Below, one piece after another: positions 17,652 to 27,709 of a stretch of DNA of 64,000 bases. A program made the position numbers and the translations under genes. The notes beneath the pieces are model-generated. The model saw nothing but the letters and a program-made list of their open reading frames with translations. It did not search any database and had not been told where the DNA came from. The stretch covers positions 256,001-320,000 of the forward strand of contig JBKAGE010000036.1 in assembly GCA_046290225.1 (NCBI GenBank). Reading direction: 5' to 3'. The first letter of the stretch is position 1, and each line of letters starts with the position of its first letter. The stretch comes from Bradymonadia bacterium (GTDB taxonomy: Bacteria; Myxococcota_A; Bradymonadia; UBA7976; UBA1532).

Positions 17652-20600
17652 TCAGTCCGAGGGGCCCTGCTGGCCGCCATCGCCGGCGGCCCCGTCGTCG
17701 CTGCAGTACTCAGGGTTGGGGTAGCTGACATTGGTGTTCGGGAAGGCCGGCACCAGACAGCTGTTGTAGGTCCAGATGGCCAGGCAACGGGTGGAGCGGG
17801 CCTGGAAGTAGTCCAGGGCAGCGACGACGTCGGACTCTTCGTCCACCAGGCGCAGGCCATTGGCCCGGGTCACTCGAGCTCGGAGCGTCACAGGGCTGAA
17901 GGGCCCGCAGATGTACTCCAGACGCATCTCCGAGAGGGCGGTCCGGAACTTCACGCCTTCCACGATGCATGCCTGCCAGTTGCGCACGTGCACACCCTGG
18001 TTCGCCGCCGAGGTCAGGCCTGTGGAGAGATCCATCAGGCCCAACACCAGCTCCAGGGCGTCCCGGTCGCTGATGCAGCTGCCGTCGTCACACTCCAGGC
18101 CCACACCTTCCGCGATCTGCAGTTGTAGATCGCTGAGGATCTGCAGCGCGCTCACCACCTCGGCACGTCCAGGTGCGTCGAGGCCCAGAGCGATGTAGTC
18201 ACGCAAGTCGCTGGCGAGGGCATCGAGGGCGGCATTGAGATCGTCGTTGATGCTCTGAGAGGCCTCGGCCCGTTCGACGAGGTCCCGGACGAAGGGGATC
18301 TCGAAGTTGTTGTACTCGGGGGCCTTACAGGGATCGGCGGCATCGTTCAGGTAGAAGTAAACCTCGTTGAGCGACATGAACACGTCGTTGGCCATGAAGG
18401 ACTGCAATGGATCCTTCAGCTGCGCCTCGTAGTCCGGATCCCCAATCATGGCGTCGGCCGCGGCGAGGTACGCCTCCGCCTGCACGACGCTGGGGTGATC
18501 CATGCTCGCCAGAGGCGCATCACCGCCGACGATGCGGGTGCGCTCCGTCTCGATCTCGCGGCGGATCTGGCGCATCAGCAGCCAGAGCGTGTCGTCGATG
18601 TCTGCACCGACAGACTGAGCGTTGATGAGCAGTTCCACCATGCGCCGCAAGGCCATCATGGTGTTGCCCATACGCCCGTGCTCGTCACCCCAACGAGCCA
18701 TGGCGATCCAGGGCTCCAGGCCCTCGAGCACGGCGGCCACCACCGGACCGTCGTCCACCGCAGCGGCCCGGCCCTCGACGATGGTGATGATCTCGCCGAG
18801 GGTGGCCTGCCTGACCTCCACTTCGAGGGACTTCGAAGACTCCGAGTCCTCGTCGATGGCGGTGACGGTCACCGTGTACGTACCTGCAGTTCGCCAGGCG
18901 TGCTGCACCTCGGTCAGGGCGAAGCCACTCTTCACCGGCGTGCCGTCACCGAAGTCCCAGGTGAGCCGCTGAATCGGATCGGAGACATCGCCGGGCGTCG
19001 CCACGACGCTGAAGGTCCAGGGGTGCACCTCATAGGCATCCTCGGGGCCTGTGATGTCTGACAGGTTCGGCGCGGCATCAGCGACGATGACCGGAATCTG
19101 CACCGAAGTGGACGAGTCCTCGTCGTGCACCGTGAGGCGGGCGGTGTAGGTGCCGTCCTGCACGTAGATGTGCTGCGGCTCCGTGAGCCCGATACCGCTG
19201 GCGACGGGGCTGCCGTCACCGAAGTCCCACTCGTAGCGGGTCAGCAAGTCAGCGGCCGAGCCCGGCCGGCTGCCGCTGGCGTCGAACTCGATGGCCTGGC
19301 CCTGGCGGCCGATGTAGGGCCCCCCGGCGTCGACGATGGGATGCACCTCGGCCACGGTGACCACCACCACAGCAGTGTCGGTGGCGCCAAAGCTGTCGGT
19401 GACCCGCAAGCGGCCGGAGATCTGGCCCGAGTCGGGGTATACGAAGGGCACCACGGCGCCAGCGAGCTCATACGTCCCGTCGCGGTTCATGTCCCACTCG
19501 TACTGGGCCACGAAGTCCGAAGCCTCCGGGCTGGTGGAGCGGCCAGCGTCGAGGAAGATGATCTCACCCTCGTCGCCTGTGTACGGCCCCCCTGGCATGG
19601 CCTCTGGGGGGGCGTTGATGCGGAAGCGACGTTGATGCGTGTAGGGGCTGCCCGCGCAATCATTGATGGTCAGCTCGAACCGGAACTCGCCCTGACCCGC
19701 GAGATCGGTGCCCTCGATGTAGGGGAAGGCCGAGCCCCCATCTACGCTGACCGACGCCGACTCGCCTGCGACACAGGCCGCCGGGGCATCAATATTCCAG
19801 CTGTATTGGCCCGAAGAGACCACCTCGTTGTTGTCTGGGCCCACGAGCTCCACCCCGGGCTGCTCGGCGATGAGCCAGCTGCGCTCTAGAGTGGAGGTAT
19901 TGCCACAGGCATCGGTGGCGGTGATGTCCACGGTGCGTACGCAGGCGTCCACACTCACCACCTGCTGGACCGCGGGGGCTGGGTCGAGGGCGTCTTCCAC
20001 CTCGAGTTCGAAGGCGGGGACCTCACCCTCGGCGTAGCACGCGCCCTCCATCAGAGCAGCATTGAGCGCGATGCTCGGGCCGGTACGATCGAAGGGCACT
20101 TGTCCACCAGCAGAGATCGTGGCCTCGGCGCCTTCGTCGTCGAGCATCGTCACCGTCACCGTCGACATGCCCTCCGCGGCGAGGTTGGCGTTCACCGGGA
20201 TCTCCACCACCACATCTTCGCCGTTGGCGGGCAAGTCTGCTGTGGTTGAGCCGATGACCACGCCATCGGCTCGTACGGTGAAGGTCACCTCGCCGCCGTC
20301 GGGCTGTCGCGCCGACACCTGGAAGGGGTCCGCCCCTGCGGGGACGCAATCACCACCACGGGGCCACACGAGCTCACCGACCGGGGGCATCTTGGCCCGA
20401 ACACGAATCTCTGCCTCGGCAGGCTCAGACCAGGCGCCATGGGCGTCGAGGACCTTGAGCCGCACCACCTGCGTGGTGCCCGTGCGCCACTCCGGGTTCA
20501 CATAACCGCGGACCTTCGCGCCGACGTGATCTGTACCGTTGAGGCCGCCAGCCCCGTCGACATCATCAGCACCATAGAGACCGTCGTTGTCGGTGTCCCA

Positions 20601-23600
20601 GGCGTACAGTTCGATGTGATCACAGGGGGCGTTGGGCTCCAGGCTGCCTCGAGCGTCGAAGTCGACACCTGCGAAGTTGCCGTTCACCAGAGCGGTGACG
20701 TACGGCCCACCGGCATCGGCCACAGGGCGTACGTTGGCCACGTCGACCGAGACCGAGACCGTGTCCGTGGCGGTCCGCCCCAGAGCATCGACCACCATGA
20801 GCGTGGCCGTCACCGAGTCTTCGGCCACCATGGGCACCAGCACGGTCTCACCACTGCGCTCGAAGACACCGTCGCCGTCCATGTCCCAGAGGTAGTCCTC
20901 GATGAGGAAGCGGTCATCGCCATCCGGGCCGTCTGTGCTGCTGCTCGAAGCCGTGAAGGTCACCTGCTCGTTGCAGCCTGCGCTCGCCTTTGAGGCCTGC
21001 GCCACGGCGATGGGTGCCCCCACCAGCCAGACCTGGGCCGTATCCGTCGACTGTCGCCCGAAGCGATCGACCACATCGAGAGAGACGGTGTACTGCCCCG
21101 GTGCGCCCAGGCCGAGCGCGGCGAGCTCCTGCGCACTCACGGTGACCTCTGCCCCTGTAGCATCCACGACACCGTCGCGGTTCAGATCCCAGCGGTAGGC
21201 AGTGATGGCATCACCACAGCTGATGTCGAGATCGGTGGATCCACGACCGTCGAACGACACGGCGCCGCCGTAGGGCACCGCATATCCGCCCGCCTCGGCC
21301 ACAGGGTCGCGGTTGCCCTCGCTCACCACCACGGTGGTGCTCATCTGAGCGGTGTTGCCTGCGGAGTCTTCGATCTCTACCCGAACCACCTCGGGCTCGC
21401 CGAAGGAGAACTGATCAAAGCGGGTGGTGATCACCCGACCCACGCCGTCATCGTAGACGCCGTCGTCGTCAAGGTCCCATCGCCATGCCACCACGTCGAC
21501 CTCGGGGTGCGCCTGGTCGGCATCCGAAGCGTCGAGGGTGACTTGACCGTTACAGGCCGCAGGACTGGGCGTCGCCTCGATGGAGACCGTGGGGCTCGAA
21601 GGATAGAGGTGCATCTCAGTCGAGGCCTGCTCCGTGAGACCGCCAGTGTCGGTGACCTCCAAGGTGATGACGAAGGTGCCCGGAGCATCCCAGCCCACCA
21701 GCGTCCTCATGGCCTCGTCCACGACCACCTCGGCCTCTGCACCATCACCATCCTCGTCTTCGACGGTCATGTCCCACTCGCCATCTCCATCGAGATCCCA
21801 CCGATAGCGCGCGATGAAGTCGTCCTCGTCGGGGTCGAAGGAAGCAGAGGCGTCGAGTTCGATGTCGTTGCCGACGAAGAAGTGGTAGCCACCCCGACCG
21901 CCGTTGCGCAGCGGTCCACCAACGAACTCTCCACCCACCCGCTCTTCGAGGTGGGGTACAGCCGTGGGCGGGGTCGCCCCCGCCAGGCTCATGCCGAAGG
22001 GTACGCGAGCCACCTGAGTGCGACCCGCCTCGTCAGTGACGCGCAGACGAATGAAGACATCGGGCAGAGCGTCGGGCAGAGGCCAGAAGACGCGCTGGCT
22101 CTGTACGATGGGCTGGTTCTGCGTCTCGAAGATGCCATCATCGTTGAGATCCCAGTCGTAGCGCACGATGGCGACTCCGGGAATCGGCGAGTGGCTGGCC
22201 CGGCCATCGAAGGTGGCCCTCACCTCCCCATCCGACTGGTTCACGGGGGCTCGAGAGGGGCTCTGCACCACCACCGCCACAGGGCGGGTCTGGTAGATGC
22301 TGACACCCGTCTGCGCGGTATGCGTCAACCCAAGGCTGTCGGTGACTCGCAGGCTGATGGGGTTCACGGGCAGCCCCGTGTTGCGATCTGCAGGCCAGTT
22401 CATGGTGGCGAGCAAGGCCCAGGGGACCACGGGGGTCACCCCTCGGGCGTCCACGGGATCATTGAAGCTGCCGTTGCCGTCGACGTCCCAGGCGTACTCC
22501 ACGATGCTGTCGCCGCACCGCCCGTCAGGATCAGATGATCCTGAACCGTCCAGCCGCAGGTCCTCGCCGTCAGTGACGCTGTAGATCGCCTGACTCGGCA
22601 CCGCCAACGGGGCGCGGTTACCGCCGTCGACCTGCACGGTGAAGGACTCGCTCTGGGTCCGGCCGAGATCATCCGTGATGGTGAGCGTACCGGGGTAGCT
22701 GCCGAATTGGGTGTAGGTGTAGCTCACCTCGCTGTCGGCGCCGTCGAACTCGGGGCTGCCCCCAGGGATCAGATCCCAGCTGTAGTTCACAACACGGCGG
22801 TTGGGGTTCGCATGGTACGAAGCGCTGGCGTCAAAGCGCACGGCCACGCGACACGTCGCCGGGTTCGGGTTGATGTTCTGAGAGAGCACAGGCTCTCTCG
22901 GAAACACAGCGATCTTAGTCACAGCCACGGTGCTCAGACCCGTGCTGTCGGTCACCTGCAGCTGCACGACCTGATTGCCTGCCCCCACCCAGGGGTGGTC
23001 AGCGCCGAAGGTGATCGTGGGGCTCAGGCCCACGGCGTCATCGAAGGCGCCGTCGCCGTCGAGATCCCAGCGGGCGGTGAGGCTGTCTCCACAGGCAAGG
23101 TTGGCATCGCTCGCCGAGGCGTTAAGCTGCAACGGCACATCCGTCTCGGCGATGTACGGGCCTCCCGTGATCACGCCTGGGGCCGTAGGCGGCGCAGCGT
23201 TGACCCGAATCTGCACCTGTTCAGTCTCGGAGAGCGGGCTGGTGGCGTCGTCGTCCACCACCCGCAGCGTCGCCGTGTAGGTCCCCGCTCGCCAGTAGGT
23301 GTGCTCCACGAGGGCGTCGCGGTTCGCAGTCTGGTAGTCCGGCTGGGCGCCCGTGTCCCACCAGAAACCATCGCTCTTGTCGAAGTCCCACTGGTAGCTG
23401 ATGATCTCCGCGTCGCGGTTGGGATGGAACGAGCCGCTGTGGTCGAAGAGCACCACGCCATTGCCACCACCGCTGCAGCCCTCGTTCACCTCAGTGGGAC
23501 GGGCCTCCGCCTGGGCCACGGGGATCGGCCGGAAGATCGACGGCGTGAGGGTGAGGATCGCCCAGCCAGAAGCGAGGTTGAGTCCGACCCGGCGCGAGGC

Positions 23601-25418
23601 GGAATGGTGCTCCTGCCAGTCGTCGAAGAAGTGGCCGAAGTTGGTGTAGTCGTTCAGGTGCATGGACTGGGCGCGGATGTAGTAGGTGCTGAACTCCTTC
23701 ACCCAATCGTGCCCCCCCATGTTCAACAGCTCGGGTGTGCCGGTGCGGTAGCCCTTCTGGTGAGAGTACATCGCATAGGTGTGGCCACAGCGCGGGGCGT
23801 TGTAGACCCCTACGGGGGTACCGCACAGGTAGTCGCCGTCCTTCCACAGACCTGCGGTCCAGTGGTGCCCACGCAGCCTCGGCGTGTTCCAGTGCGTCGC
23901 CGTGTAGGAGACGGTGCGGTTGTACATGTCCACCATCTCGCGCTGGGTCCGGTTAACGTAGGGCGCGAAGGGTCGATTGTCATTGGGCTCCATGTTGTGG
24001 ATCCCCGCCCATCGCGCCGCCACGAAGGCCCCACCCGTCAGGTGGAAGTCGTGCTTGGAGCTGTTTCGACTGCTGCTCCGGTACATCGACGAGCCATGGT
24101 TCACGTTCTGATTTTGGAACAGGTTCTCGATCGTGCGGTACTTGTGGCGGTTGTTGACGATGACCCCATAGGGCTTGCCAGCGACGTCAGCGCTCTCCAG
24201 GCCGATGTACGCCCACTGTGCCGTCGACGCATCCATGTAGTTGCAGGCCCCGCCGTTTCCGTTGGCGTTGTTGCCATAGAGCCAGCCGCCCATGGCGCAG
24301 CCCACGTCGCCCTGCATGGTGCCCAGCCAGTCCACCATCTCCTGAACATAGACTTTCCAGAGCTTGCCCTTGATGGTGATGCCTGCGTTGTAGTGGCCCT
24401 CCTGGACAGGCGTCTCGGCGAGGACTGGCAGCAGGGTGGCCAGCGCCCCGAGCCCCAGGCCCATGTCATAGGTGCCCCAAGTGTAGGTGGCCATCGCCCC
24501 AACACCGTTGTCGGTGCCGGGGATCGGATCACAGAACCGCTCAGTGCCGTCGTCGTTCCAGCCGCAGGTGTTGGCTTCGTCAGCTGCTGGAATGTCTGAG
24601 CGGGTGTACACACCATTGTTCACACCGGTGACGAAGTTCACCCAGCGCACCATGGTCTCCGCGTAGGGATCGCTGAGCCACCGCTCATCATTGGCGGCGT
24701 ACCATTCGGGGGTGATGGTGTGGCCATGCTCCTCGAACGATCCAGGCGGGTAGGCCGGCATACGACCGTTGACGCTCATGGACCAGATCGCCGCAAATGC
24801 CGCGGCAGCCTGATAGCGCCAGCCACCATAACTGCGGTTGTTCCGGCCCCAGATGATCGAGCCGGTGCCCCCGAAGACGGTGTTGTCCCGGTGCAGCCAC
24901 CACAGACCCTCGTGGATCGCGATGGTGGTCATCACCTCACGCTGATCCTGAGTCCACTTGGTGGGATCAGACGAGGGTGTCCAGTCGTACACGTAGATGC
25001 GATAGGTGCCATAGGCCTCGTCGCTGGCGTTGCACCTGCTCCGTGCCCTCACATTGAGGGTCAACGTGGTCCCCCGATTCACCGTCGGCACCTCGAAGGT
25101 CTGGCCGATGTCGTACACTGTCGCCGTGCCCGAGGTGGGGTACACCCTGCGAGAAGTCTCGTCGTCGAAGCTGGTGTCGCGGTTCGTGTCCCAGGCGATG
25201 TCATAGCCAGAGGCACAGGTGGCTCCACGCAGAATCGCCTTGAGCGAGATGCGGGCGTACTCGTGCACTGGATAGGGTAAGTCGAGGTTGTTCGGTGCAA
25301 AGGGTACCGGAACGACTTCGAGTTCTGCCTGGTTGAAGGCAGAGGCCGAAGGGGCCCAGAGGCCCAGACAGAACAGAAGAATCGAGAGCTGTCGAAGGAA
25401 CGTTCTCGGGTGGGTCAC
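17652..25418 (-). CDS. Giant secreted protein A (2588 aa): prenyltransferase-like helical barrel + PKD repeats + Cys-rich helical C-terminal domain
   Basis: GGAGGT RBS before GTG; signal peptide ...PSASA-F; 13 WD(x)DGDG-type PKD repeats plus one N-terminal WD-containing domain; DASTAQWAYIGLESA. Confidence 0.9.
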   Translation of the reverse strand: MTHPRTFLRQLSILLFCLGLWAPSASAFNQAELEVVPVPFAPNNLDLPYPVHEYARISLKAILRGATCASGYDIAWDTNRDTSFDDETSRRVYPTSGTATVYDIGQTFEVPTVNRGTTLTLNVRARSRCNASDEAYGTYRIYVYDWTPSSDPTKWTQDQREVMTTIAIHEGLWWLHRDNTVFGGTGSIIWGRNNRSYGGWRYQAAAAFAAIWSMSVNGRMPAYPPGSFEEHGHTITPEWYAANDERWLSDPYAETMVRWVNFVTGVNNGVYTRSDIPAADEANTCGWNDDGTERFCDPIPGTDNGVGAMATYTWGTYDMGLGLGALATLLPVLAETPVQEGHYNAGITIKGKLWKVYVQEMVDWLGTMQGDVGCAMGGWLYGNNANGNGGACNYMDASTAQWAYIGLESADVAGKPYGVIVNNRHKYRTIENLFQNQNVNHGSSMYRSSSRNSSKHDFHLTGGAFVAARWAGIHNMEPNDNRPFAPYVNRTQREMVDMYNRTVSYTATHWNTPRLRGHHWTAGLWKDGDYLCGTPVGVYNAPRCGHTYAMYSHQKGYRTGTPELLNMGGHDWVKEFSTYYIRAQSMHLNDYTNFGHFFDDWQEHHSASRRVGLNLASGWAILTLTPSIFRPIPVAQAEARPTEVNEGCSGGGNGVVLFDHSGSFHPNRDAEIISYQWDFDKSDGFWWDTGAQPDYQTANRDALVEHTYWRAGTYTATLRVVDDDATSPLSETEQVQIRVNAAPPTAPGVITGGPYIAETDVPLQLNASASDANLACGDSLTARWDLDGDGAFDDAVGLSPTITFGADHPWVGAGNQVVQLQVTDSTGLSTVAVTKIAVFPREPVLSQNINPNPATCRVAVRFDASASYHANPNRRVVNYSWDLIPGGSPEFDGADSEVSYTYTQFGSYPGTLTITDDLGRTQSESFTVQVDGGNRAPLAVPSQAIYSVTDGEDLRLDGSGSSDPDGRCGDSIVEYAWDVDGNGSFNDPVDARGVTPVVPWALLATMNWPADRNTGLPVNPISLRVTDSLGLTHTAQTGVSIYQTRPVAVVVQSPSRAPVNQSDGEVRATFDGRASHSPIPGVAIVRYDWDLNDDGIFETQNQPIVQSQRVFWPLPDALPDVFIRLRVTDEAGRTQVARVPFGMSLAGATPPTAVPHLEERVGGEFVGGPLRNGGRGGYHFFVGNDIELDASASFDPDEDDFIARYRWDLDGDGEWDMTVEDEDGDGAEAEVVVDEAMRTLVGWDAPGTFVITLEVTDTGGLTEQASTEMHLYPSSPTVSIEATPSPAACNGQVTLDASDADQAHPEVDVVAWRWDLDDDGVYDDGVGRVITTRFDQFSFGEPEVVRVEIEDSAGNTAQMSTTVVVSEGNRDPVAEAGGYAVPYGGAVSFDGRGSTDLDISCGDAITAYRWDLNRDGVVDATGAEVTVSAQELAALGLGAPGQYTVSLDVVDRFGRQSTDTAQVWLVGAPIAVAQASKASAGCNEQVTFTASSSSTDGPDGDDRFLIEDYLWDMDGDGVFERSGETVLVPMVAEDSVTATLMVVDALGRTATDTVSVSVDVANVRPVADAGGPYVTALVNGNFAGVDFDARGSLEPNAPCDHIELYAWDTDNDGLYGADDVDGAGGLNGTDHVGAKVRGYVNPEWRTGTTQVVRLKVLDAHGAWSEPAEAEIRVRAKMPPVGELVWPRGGDCVPAGADPFQVSARQPDGGEVTFTVRADGVVIGSTTADLPANGEDVVVEIPVNANLAAEGMSTVTVTMLDDEGAEATISAGGQVPFDRTGPSIALNAALMEGACYAEGEVPAFELEVEDALDPAPAVQQVVSVDACVRTVDITATDACGNTSTLERSWLIAEQPGVELVGPDNNEVVSSGQYSWNIDAPAACVAGESASVSVDGGSAFPYIEGTDLAGQGEFRFELTINDCAGSPYTHQRRFRINAPPEAMPGGPYTGDEGEIIFLDAGRSTSPEASDFVAQYEWDMNRDGTYELAGAVVPFVYPDSGQISGRLRVTDSFGATDTAVVVVTVAEVHPIVDAGGPYIGRQGQAIEFDASGSRPGSAADLLTRYEWDFGDGSPVASGIGLTEPQHIYVQDGTYTARLTVHDEDSSTSVQIPVIVADAAPNLSDITGPEDAYEVHPWTFSVVATPGDVSDPIQRLTWDFGDGTPVKSGFALTEVQHAWRTAGTYTVTVTAIDEDSESSKSLEVEVRQATLGEIITIVEGRAAAVDDGPVVAAVLEGLEPWIAMARWGDEHGRMGNTMMALRRMVELLINAQSVGADIDDTLWLLMRQIRREIETERTRIVGGDAPLASMDHPSVVQAEAYLAAADAMIGDPDYEAQLKDPLQSFMANDVFMSLNEVYFYLNDAADPCKAPEYNNFEIPFVRDLVERAEASQSINDDLNAALDALASDLRDYIALGLDAPGRAEVVSALQILSDLQLQIAEGVGLECDDGSCISDRDALELVLGLMDLSTGLTSAANQGVHVRNWQACIVEGVKFRTALSEMRLEYICGPFSPVTLRARVTRANGLRLVDEESDVVAALDYFQARSTRCLAIWTYNSCLVPAFPNTNVSYPNPEYCSDDGAAGDGGQQGPSD

Positions 25419-25540
25419 CGCTTCACCTCCTCATACCGTACGAAGCCCAAAATCGGTCATTGGGTGGGCCATATGAGGGGTGGGTCTAAATCTTCTATAT
25501 CCCAACCAATTCAGGTCAGCCCGCTCGTTGGGCTGCTGGC

Positions 25541-27154
25541 TTAGTCTGCGGGGATCCCCTGCCCGCCGCCCAAGTCACCATCATCACTGCAATATTCTGG
25601 ATTTGGGTAGATTGGGTGGGTCTCGGGGAAGGCCGGTACGAGGCAGCTGTTGTACGCCCAGATCGCCAGGCAACGAATTGGGCGAGATTGGAAACAATCC
25701 AACGTGGCGGCGACTTCGCCTTCATCCGCCAGCTCCAAACCGTTGGACCGGGCCACGAACACTCGGGAGTATGTGCCACTGAACGGGCAGATGTATTCGA
25801 TCCGCATCTCCGAGAGGGCAGTACGGAACTTGACCCCCTCCACGAGGCAGGCCTGCCAGTTGCGTACGTGCACCCCCTGGTTCGCTGCCGACGTGAGCCC
25901 TGTTGAAAGGTCCATCAGGCCCAACACCAGCTCCAGCGCCTCAGGATCGCTGATGCAGCTGCCATCCTCACACTCCAGGCCCACCGACACACCCAGCTGT
26001 CCCTGAAGCACCCTCAACTGCTGTAGAGCCGCCATGACCTCTGCACGGCCGGGGGCGTCGAGGCTCAACTCCACATATGCCTGTAGATCGAGGGCCAGAG
26101 ACTCGAAGGCCGAGATGAGATCGTCGTTGATCCGCTGTGCGTGTCCGTCACGAGCCTCCAGGGAGGCGCCGAACGGGAACTCGAAGCCGTTGTACTCCGG
26201 GGCCTTGCACGGGTCCGTGGCGTCGTTCAGGTAGAAGTAGGCCTCGTCGAGCACAGCCATCACGTCATTGGCCGTGTACGACGCCAGAGGTGTCTCGAGC
26301 CGCGATGCATATTCGGGATCTTCCATGAGGGTGTCGGCGGCATCGATGTAGTACTCGGCGAGCATGATGCTGGGATGATCCGCCGGAGCGAGCGGCGGCT
26401 CTCCGGCCAGAACCCGGTGTCGCTCTCGCTCGATCTCTCGCCGGACCTGACGCAGGAGTATCCACAGCGTGTCGCCGAGCTCGGCACCGAGGGCGTGGGC
26501 GAAGACCATCATCTCGGTGATCTGCCGTAGGGCCGTCATCACATTGCCCAGGCGTCCGTGCGTATCGCCCCACCGCGCCATCTCGATCCAATGGGTCTCG
26601 CCTTCGAGACTCGCCGCCACCACCGGGCCGTCGTCCACGGCACCGAGCCGCGCCTCCACGATGGTGATGATCTCTCCGAGAGTGGCCTCTCTCACCACCA
26701 CGTCGAGCGTGGAAGAGCTCTCGGACACGCCATCGCTCACGGTCACTGTCACTGTATAGGTGCCTGCAGTGCGCCATCCGTGCTGTACCTCGGTCAACGC
26801 CTCGCCGCTCTCCCTCGGGCTGCCATCGCCGAAGTCCCACGTCAGCCGCTCGATGGGCGTACCCGACAGCCCTGGGTGTGCATCGACACTCAAGCTGCCG
26901 AGGGCCACCTCGTAGGCGTCCTCTGGTCCGCTGATCGATCGAATGATCGGCGCTGTGTTGACGATGGTGACGGGGATCTGCGCCCGGCTCGAAGAATCCT
27001 CGTCGTGCACCGTGAGATCCACGATGAAGGTGCCTTCACGATCGTAGGTGTGACTGGGGGTGGTGAGCCCGAGGCCCGACTCGGGGGGGCTGCCATCACC
27101 GAAATCCCACTCGAACCGCGTGAGCAGATCGGCCCATGCTCTCGTGTAGGACAC
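25541..27154 (-). CDS. Signal-less C-terminal-only paralogue of giant protein A (537 aa; about 1.5 PKD + C-terminal domain)
   Basis: AGGAGG (27162-27167) 7 nt before in-frame GTG 27154; homology to protein A begins at ADLLTR; identical block LELVLGLMDLSTGLTSAANQGVHVRNWQAC. Confidence 0.75.
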   Translation of the reverse strand: MSYTRAWADLLTRFEWDFGDGSPPESGLGLTTPSHTYDREGTFIVDLTVHDEDSSSRAQIPVTIVNTAPIIRSISGPEDAYEVALGSLSVDAHPGLSGTPIERLTWDFGDGSPRESGEALTEVQHGWRTAGTYTVTVTVSDGVSESSSTLDVVVREATLGEIITIVEARLGAVDDGPVVAASLEGETHWIEMARWGDTHGRLGNVMTALRQITEMMVFAHALGAELGDTLWILLRQVRREIERERHRVLAGEPPLAPADHPSIMLAEYYIDAADTLMEDPEYASRLETPLASYTANDVMAVLDEAYFYLNDATDPCKAPEYNGFEFPFGASLEARDGHAQRINDDLISAFESLALDLQAYVELSLDAPGRAEVMAALQQLRVLQGQLGVSVGLECEDGSCISDPEALELVLGLMDLSTGLTSAANQGVHVRNWQACLVEGVKFRTALSEMRIEYICPFSGTYSRVFVARSNGLELADEGEVAATLDCFQSRPIRCLAIWAYNSCLVPAFPETHPIYPNPEYCSDDGDLGGGQGIPAD

Positions 27155-27273
27155 CGCGCTGCCTCCTGATACAGTACGGTCCCTGAAACGGTCGCCCCGA
27201 GATCCACCTGAGTCGTGGGTCCAGTGCCTTTCGCATACTGCTCTAGGCCCTCCTTCTGTCGAGTCGTTCAACC

Positions 27274-27693
27274 ATGAGCACCTCCTCCACTCTCTCCTCT
27301 CCCCGAATTCTGGGGCCTGGCTTCAATCAGATGGTGTATGCCCTCGTACGCACCGTGCCACCTGGCCGAGTCACCACATATGGCGACGTGGCCACGGCTT
27401 TGGGCTCAGTTCGGGTGGCTCGCCAGGTGGGCTATGCCATGGCGGCCTCTCTCGCCAGCGACGAAGTGCCCTGGCAAAGGGTCATCAACCGCGAGGGTCG
27501 CATCAGCGGCCGCGGTGACACCCTGCGCGCCCTTGAGCAGGAGGCTCTGCTCGAGGCAGAAGGGATACATCTGGACGACAAGGGTCGAGTTGATCTGAAG
27601 ACGCTGCGATGGGCCTTCACCGCTGAGGCGATCGACCATGCATGGCAAGTGAGGCGGGGGGCCGAGTCAGACTCGGAAGAAGAGGAAGGCTGA
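27274..27693 (+). CDS. Alkyltransferase-like (ATL, MGMT family) DNA-binding protein
   Basis: VP.GRVTTYGDVA, ARQVG, PWQRVIN (Trp replaces the catalytic Cys of PCHRV), LLEAEG. Confidence 0.9.
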   Translation: MSTSSTLSSPRILGPGFNQMVYALVRTVPPGRVTTYGDVATALGSVRVARQVGYAMAASLASDEVPWQRVINREGRISGRGDTLRALEQEALLEAEGIHLDDKGRVDLKTLRWAFTAEAIDHAWQVRRGAESDSEEEEG

Positions 27694-27709
27694 GGGCGCC
27701 GAGGAGCGC

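Noticed and set aside
23525..24930. Alpha-2-macroglobulin thioester domain
   Set aside because: No CxEQ motif in either giant protein
17652..27154. Diversity-generating retroelement or polymorphic toxin cassette explanation
   Set aside because: No reverse transcriptase in the window; differences are not visibly adenine-restricted; C-termini are conserved and no small immunity genes are interleaved
27155..27271. TTG start at 27271 for the truncated paralogue
   Set aside because: It lies 2 bp from the divergent ATL start, with no room for an RBS; GTG 27154 has AGGAGG
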